Shown piece by piece: positions 56,019 to 64,000 of a DNA stretch of 64,000 bases. The position numbers and the translations under genes are program-made. This DNA is from the human T2T-CHM13v2.0 reference genome, Homo sapiens. Position 1 is the first letter of the stretch; every line of letters begins with the position of its first letter. The stretch lies in the NCBI RefSeq assembly GCF_009914755.1, contig NC_060947.1. One strand, written 5' to 3'. A model generated the notes under the pieces. It saw only the letters and a program-made list of their open reading frames with translations. It had not been told where the DNA came from and did not search any database.

Positions 56019-57264
56019 ATATATAACCATTCTTATGACTGTTTTAACACAAAAGTGATAACAAAGGGCCTTGCTGACACAAGTTATTTTCATTTTTGTA
56101 CCTTACCTTTAACTCAGTATACTATTAATCATTCAGTTGGGAAAATAGTTATGTAAAATGGCAGTGCTAAGAGGGTCTTTATATAGAATTCTGTGTGCCC
56201 TGGAGGCATTTGTGAAAAAGTGTTTTCTCTAGGATGGACTAAGCCTGAAGGTTACTGTTAGGCTATGATTTGGCTGATGGCATATACCACAATGCCTAAT
56301 TAGGGAACCCCATTGAAAGCGATCATTTTCTCTTTGATGTGGCCTTTCCATTTAAAGGTTGAATATTAGGGTTACATGAATGAAACTAGACAAAAAAAGA
56401 AAGAAAGAAGACAGGAAATTTCCTACACTTTCAGAAACACAGCTCACAGACAACCTTAGGAAGGAGGCATGCCTGGGTCCTTTACAGGAGTGGGGCATTT
56501 GCAGCTGCTCTAATGTATATCTCCCCAGAAATTAATAAGTACTATTATTTTCTGCACTTAAATCATAACTTACAAAATAGGTTTATTCATCCAACTTTCT
56601 CTTCTCAATACTTCCAAATTGCTAGCATTATATTTTCTCATCTCCTTGTTTTGAACATGGCTATGACCTCCTACACACTAGCTAACCTCACCTCTACAGC
56701 TAAAGATTCTAAGGAGGAGCTGCAGCCCTTTGCCTAACATAACATACCTGGCACTAGGCAAAGCTGTATTCTGACTTCTGGATGGTCCAGTCTTTGGCAG
56801 GGTGGGTGGGGGAGGGCAGGGCCTACACTGCTGGGTAACTGGAGAGCAAGTGCATCAAAAAGGTGCCCACAGACTTTGCCTCCCTTTTATGTAACTTCTG
56901 TTCTTGCTTTCACACTGCTTTTTTGGACATCTTTTTGTCACAGCTTTAACAATTACCCCATCATCACAGTATTTAGAATTTTTTGAAGAGATACTATGTT
57001 TTCAGAAGATACTGTTTTCAGAAGTAAGGTGGGGCACAACTCCTCTCCTCTCCTCCACCCCTGCTGCTTCCCAAGAGAATACAGAAGAGACTTTGTAGGA
57101 CTTCCAATAGAAGAAGCTCGATTAGAGCTTCTTGAGTTGCTGAATTAAATCGTAATCAATTCAATGGAACCAAATGGAATCATGAAGTAACAAATCCCCT
57201 GTCATGAGAGTCATGTCAGCAGTACTTGTATGATATGATGACAGGACTTGGATTGATCAGATGG

Positions 57265-57410
57265 TTTAAGGTTAATCCCATACCTTCCATTCACATGGTT
57301 ATGTGACCTTGGGCAAATCATTTCACCTCTGTGCACTGTATTTGTCCTCATCTTTAAAATGGGACAGAAGGTAGAAGGCTGGAGTATATAATCCCCGGGG
57401 CCTTTTCTCT
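57265..57410 (+). mobile_element. MIR/MIR3 fragment
   Basis: atgtgaccttgggcaaatcatttcacctctgtgc...ctcatctttaaaatggg. Confidence 0.7.
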
Positions 57411-58411
57411 GTCAGGAGCCTGTATAGGAGATGAGAGTATCCACTCATTTCTGGACAAGCAACTCAAAAGTATTCCATTGAGAATGAACAAGCAACATTA
57501 GCTTTGCATGTGAATGATGGCACATTTATTATCAGATTTATTTCATGTATTACCTGTCCTTCCCCTCCCTGTCTTCCAACAGATTTAGTAGATCTCAGTC
57601 AGTTTTAATGCTTTCGGCCTCTGCTGCACCTGTAGTAACTGTCTGCCAGAGGCAGCCCTTTTTCAAAGTCCCTATCTTACTGTAAGTAAACCAGAATTTC
57701 TAAAGATGGAAGGGTTGCCCCTGCCAACTCTATTTCACTGTTTCTCTATTTCTTGAAAGGAGCAATGAAAGGGAGATGGTATCCCATGTTGAATAAGCAA
57801 GTGTCTGCCTTCATTCCAGCCTTGTCATGGCTCCAGTAAGCTCATTTCATCACAAATTTATGACTCCTAAAATCAATATTGACTGTGGATGTTGGGGGGA
57901 GGACAATTTTGAGGGCACATCTGAATTACCAGTGAACCCATAGGAATTCCCTTCAGTTGGGTGAAAAATGATCAAGAAACAAAAGCTAAAGGAGGAGTCA
58001 AGGAGTACAGCATCAAGGTGCTGAACTCATTGTTAAACCTGAGTCCTTAGTGCTTAGCAACTCTGAAGTCCTGGATGGAGGAAAGACTTGGTCTGTTTGT
58101 GATAACAGCAGGTGCTTTCCAAGGTACAGACTGTCTGAGTCATTGTAGAGGCAACATTCTCTCAAGATCTTCTTCACTTTCAAGTTTTCAACATGCCATT
58201 TTGCAGGTTCCTTTTTAGACTATCAGTATTTTGCCTTTGATGTTGATGGTCAGCTTGGAATTTGTAATAACATTATTTACCATATAACAGGGATAAATAA
58301 TCTTTCATCTTGCAGAGGCAGGGGTGGGGGGTTCATGGCAGTTTATCAAATTGTCTCCTGGATTGCTATGGCTCTAGTGGGAACTACATGGATAAATCTA
58401 TGTTAAACAAC

Positions 58412-58660
58412 AGCAGCATGAAATAGTGGAAGAAACACTGGATTGTTTAGCCAAAAACCCAGGGGCTAGTCTCCACCACCTCTGACTAGCCATAAAACTT
58501 CAGACAAATCATGCAACCTTTTGAAGCCTCGCTTCTTTTTCATCTTAAAAAATGAAACTCATTTTATCTTATTTGTCTACTTCAGAAGATTGTTGTAAGC
58601 AACAAATGATACTGGGAGGGGGATAACAGATGGAGACGATGTGAAAGGACTTTGTAACCT
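58412..58660 (+). mobile_element. MIR SINE
   Basis: tagtggaagaaacactggatt...acaaatcatgcaaccttttgaagcctc...gattgttgtaagcaacaaatga. Confidence 0.7.
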
Positions 58661-59070
58661 GGCAAGGACTCTAAATTTCCAAGGAATGATTTCTATTAGC
58701 GATGGTCTTAGTAGCAGTAATTGAAGATATTCTTTATATCATCCTCATATATAAATTCCCTCATTCCCCTTTGTTTTCATATGCCACCAGGGTTCTGTTC
58801 TTAAAGTTTTGAATTAAGGGGTAAATATCTTCACTTTAAGGATTTAGGAGATGTCTCTCATGGGGTTAGATTATCATTTATAAAGAACTGAAACTGAGGA
58901 TCTGGAAAATGCTAATTGTAAAGCTTATCATTACAGAGTAGATGTTAGATGCTGCCCTGAAACTTTGTAGCATCCTGATAAGGTATAATGCTTTCCTTTT
59001 CAGCATAGATTGCAAAATGAAGGGTAAAACATTTAGAAATTAATAAAGCATATTTATAAAAAATATACCT

Positions 59071-59436
<366 letters not shown>

Positions 59437-61526
59437 CTAAGTGTCAGACTAGATAATTTCAAGATTAGTGTGATCATAATAAATTTTTATTTACCAAATA
59501 CCCTCAGCCTAGAGCTTTTCAGGTAACCAATTAAATGCACACTAAGTATTACTAATTGCATTATTTAAATTGGTATACTATTTTAGGTTTAGAAGGTCCC
59601 TCTTCTTCATGATAATGCATTTTCATGAAGAAAGACCTTAAAGCTGATTCTAAGATCTTCAAATAACACATCATAGTGTAGTATATGTTGGTGAGTTTAT
59701 TTATCTTGAGTTGGGAGCTTTTATAGATTCCAGCTATATGTCTTCACCACAAATCTTGTTGTTGTTGTTGTTTTTGTGCTGATGGCATGAGTGAGAATAA
59801 ATGGAATTTGTGGAGTCTGTGAAGGCCACTGGAGGGAAATTTCCCAATCTCCTAATATATCAGTGTCTCTTCCTGTCTGTTTCTGATGGGGTCCTACAGC
59901 AGGTCAACATCCTTAGGTAAAGAAAAGCTTCCTAAGAGTTAGCAGCAGTCATTGAAAGTAAATTAATGAAACCCTGCATCTGCTGATCTATTTGACAAGA
60001 AGAAATTCTGGCTGCCAACAGTTAGAAACCACTAGAAATAATCTCCATTGGAAACCGGGCTTCGACTTTCTGCCCTGGGCTGCCCAAAGTATTGCATTAG
60101 ACAATGCGAAAGTAAGTTGAACTTTGAATTATAATTTCAATGACTGTCTAGCGAAATGGATTCATGCTCTGACACTGCACCTTTGAGGCTGTGGGTTGGT
60201 TCACATAAGATAAAAATCTGTCTGGCCTGACAGTTGAAAAGGTCGCAAGAACGCTTGATGTCTGATGGTCTCAGTGTATTGCCAAATCTTGATTAAAATG
60301 GAAGACTTAGGAACAATTATGTTTTTTTCTTTCAAAATAATCTTTTCAAACAGAGCCATTTCTACATGTTTTGGCTTGAAATTTATTGACTTAGCAAAGT
60401 ATCGATTATATTTTCACTACCATTTAGCAATAACCTCATACTTAACATGAAGCTCTCACATAGTTGAGATACTTTGGCCTTGGGGCCAACAGGTTATTTT
60501 TGAAAATGACATCTAATTGTCATTGTAGTATGTTTGGTATTAAAAATTGAACTATCTACATTTTAATGCTTCCACTTTAGCTCTAAAGCACGTTGCCTGT
60601 CGTCTGTTTTCGTTATGAAAATACTTGCAGGAATGGCTTAACATTTTTACTTCTGTAGATCATGCAGGCTCTGTACCTGTGAAATGTGTAGCTTTTAATT
60701 TTAGATTAGAGACTTCTACTAGCTAGAGATTAACACAAGTTGAATCTTTCAAATTAATCTGCTTTTGGGCCACAGATTGACAGACTTAACAGACACGAGT
60801 CACCTTAAAGACTGGATTCTAAGCCAACCCGCTTGTTTTACATCTGGGAAAACTGTGACTTGCCCAAAGTCATACAGTTTGTCACTGAACCAATAGAGTT
60901 TCTTCAAGACAGTCAGTTCAAGTATATTAAACAGTATCTCATGAAGTGCTAAAGGAATCCTGAGGGCAGGGACAAAGTGTTACATATAGATGTCCACCAT
61001 ACTCAGAGGAACTCTGTTCAGATTAATCTACCACATTTTCTGTTCTTAGCCAATTACATTTCACTATGCCAAAAATAAAGTACTTTCAGGAAACTACTTT
61101 CTGTCTTTTCCAAATGCCAAAGTCACTCTCTATCTGAATTTTTTCTCTTATTCAAAGTTAAGGTCCTGTCTTACTTCCTTGCTTGACCACCAGATCCATG
61201 GACAGTTTTTCCTTTCGTGACTTTCTATTAAAGTTATTGTCAGAGCCATGAATCTGGCTTTTTAAAATATGATCACCACATAAACTGGATTTCCAGGATA
61301 GCCCTGATTTCAATTCATTCTCCCCATAAATTGGTATTCTAGAAATTCCCATATTTGGCCATGTAAATCACGTCATGCAAGCTGACTTTGGTACCCACTG
61401 AAAGAAAATTTTTTTTCTGCCAATGTGCCTCATTTAGGGATCAAAAAAAGATATCTGCTAACATGCACTGTAATTCCTCACTTTAGATATGCAGGTCTTG
61501 TCTACTCGTCTATAGTATACCCTCCC

Positions 61527-61944
61527 TGTCTTAGTCTGTCTTGTGCTTCTATAACAGAATACCTGAGACTGGGTAATTTATAATGAACAGAAATTTATTG
61601 GCTCACAGTTTTAGAAATTGAGAAGTCCAATATCAAGATGTCAGCATCTGGCACAGGCCTTCTTTCTGCATTATAACATGGTAGAAGGCATCACATGGAA
61701 GAAGTTGGAGGTTGGGGAGAGAGAGAGAGAGAGTGAGAGAGACAGAGAGAGAAGCAGAAACAAAAGAGTGCCAAACTTGTCATTTTATCAGGAACCCACT
61801 CCCATGATAATGACATTAATTTATTCATGAGGGCAGAGCCCCCATAGCCTAATCAACCCTAAGGGCCCCACCTCTGAATACTGTTACAGTGGCAATTAAA
61901 TTTCAACATGACGTTTTGAAAGGACAAACATTCAAGCCATAGCA
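61527..61944 (-). mobile_element. MaLR solo LTR, MST-type (MSTB/C-like) with internal (GA)n
   Basis: tgtcttagtctg...tataacagaatacctgagactgggtaatttataatgaacagaaatttattggctcacag...aaacattcaagccatagca; perfect TSD ctccc (61522-61526 / 61945-61949). Confidence 0.92.
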
Positions 61945-64000
61945 CTCCCTGTGGACAGCCATTGTTTATCATGTACTGCATTTTACCTAATGCTTAGCTT
62001 AGTGCACTGTGCATACTGAGGGTGCAATGCATATTTGTCATTTGGGATTATTTCCTTTACATGAACAGATTTTCCAAACGCCAAATTTAGAAGTACTGCA
62101 ACACATTAATTCTGGTCAAGAGTAGGTCTGGTTAGTTCATTAAGAGTTTATTTTATCAGTAATGTGTTGTGCTTGTACCTGAAATTATAAATGCCTGCCA
62201 GGTATCTGTTTATCCTACATACTTCCACAACTCAGAAATAATCAATACCTTGTTTTCTTGTGGATGCGAGAAAAGTTAGGATCACTGATGCTGGGTATAT
62301 GCTGTCCACGTTAATTGGCATAGACCGTTAGGCTTCATAAACCATGGTACACCATGTATCACTCCTTCTTTGATCTTCAGCATAAAATTCAATGGGCTTG
62401 AGATGCTCCACAGAGCTGGCCCACATTTAATGTCACAGACCCTTTATGACACACACTATGTCTATTTCAGGGGTCAGTTTTTGCAGAGTGATTTTCTGGA
62501 AAAGTGCCATGCCCTTCCATGAGCCAAGAATTTCAGTGTCTCATAAATGGTGGACAGACAGGACCTTGGGGCCATCTCTCCAGCTAACAGAAGATACTAA
62601 GTAAGGCCCAGGGGAAGTTTAAGAAACAAACTTCTTGTGTTTGTTCTATTGATTTTCTTGCCAACAAGAAGTGTAACAAATTGTGATGTTTCCAAATAAA
62701 AAGCATCAGGAATAAGCTCCAATTTTATTGAGTGATTTCCTGGACACACATGCAGGTGCATTTTGGAAGAGGCTGGATATAGTCAGACACAGGTAACAAA
62801 GCCAGGTCACTTAACAAAGCAGGAAAGATAAGGGCCACGGTTGCAAATCATTATTTATAATCAAACAAAATGGTAATTTTGCCAACACTCCCTTCTCAAA
62901 TATAAGACCATCATCATGGTAATCAAACTATTACTCTGACACAGTTTACTTATCAGGAGAACAATCTGAGATTGATGACCTGAAAATGGAGGTTGTCTTT
63001 CAATTCATTTGAAATGCAAACCGAGTGGACAACCTATACCTACTGTGGCATATTTTTAAAGCAAAATCAGGCACCTACATTGACCTCCTATTTACATTTC
63101 TTTGAGAAGAAAAGAAAATCACATAAAAGCTATCAAGAAACACATTTCACAGCAGGCAAATTAATTGGTTTTACAGTATTTGAATGGAGGGTTTGTCAAA
63201 TAAAACATGCCATGACAGTTAATAGTGTCATTTAGAGCCAGAAAATTATTGGCTTATTTGTTATTGGATAAAAGGAAGGCAAACATTTTGTATTAGAAAG
63301 TTTTAATGTGTTTAAAATCCTCATTAGGGATTAATGGACATGCTTGCTTAGCATAGCGCCTCATTAATTTGAGGCTAAACAGTTACTTCTGTGTTTCAAT
63401 CTCAGTGTTGTTTCTTAACATTTTTTTTTTACTTCTCTTTAATTAGATCTTGCATTTGAGTTTGGTCTCTACACCATTGGAGATGTAGATTTAATTAATG
63501 AGATTTATAAATCTAATGAAAGTGAGTTATTCTTAGCTATCGTTTCATTTTAGTGAGCAGTTAAACCACATGTAAGTGGGCGCAGATCTAAGAGATTTCA
63601 GAAGTACAGAAAAAATGTGAACTTCCCTGAATATATTTAGCTGTGTCACTTGGCATTAATAGATAAAAGTGTTTTAATTAGAGTCATAAATAATAGGGGA
63701 GCTGGCGAGGATTCAGTTCCCATGCACATGGCTTGTTCTTTAGGATCATCACTGTCAAAGAAGAGCAATTGTAACTCTGTTTCTGTGGAATTTCAGTGTC
63801 ATCCACTGGCAATTAAGACAATCCTAAGTGCGGAGTATAGAGAGTCAATAAGGCGCCAAGTTCGTTAGAGGTTAGTACAAAAGTAGAGCCACTTTCTATC
63901 AAGTGTATTCTGTTGTCACTGTTTTATTGAGGGCATCTGTGGGTACGATTTATAAAGTCTATTCCATTTACATTGCTTTAAGAGGAATTTAGTTAAAGGA

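Noticed and set aside
60228-60245. TGACAG overlapping a DR2-like AGTTGA-aa-AGGTCG
   Set aside because: Imperfect second half-site; a single short motif is expected by chance.

Overview
Primate (most likely human/hominid) AT-rich genomic DNA, intronic or intergenic. I found no host protein-coding exon, RNA gene or CpG island. The only ORFs with recognisable protein similarity are decayed LINE-1 ORF1/ORF2 fragments or Alu frames. The window holds two long minus-strand L1s (an L1PB-type copy running off the left edge and a full-length ~6.3 kb L1PA7-like copy nested in MLT1C within a MIR), a young 5'-truncated L1PA2-like copy, several L1 3' fragments, seven Alu or Alu-monomer pieces, five MaLR solo LTRs with 5-bp TSDs, a MER68-like LTR, hAT MITE remnants, many MIR/L2 relics and microsatellites. 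The most unusual structure is a gapless 129-bp inverted duplication (33832-33960 vs 34821-34949, 115/129 identical): an LTR/flank junction appears to have been copied backwards into an L2 relic 860 bp away. Also notable are a palindromic, CpG-retaining, motif-rich unique block at about 48.25-48.73 kb and a minus-strand bias of long L1s and MaLR LTRs. Subfamily names come from remembered consensus sequences and need RepeatMasker/Dfam confirmation. I do not see convincing evidence of a new multi-gene biological system.
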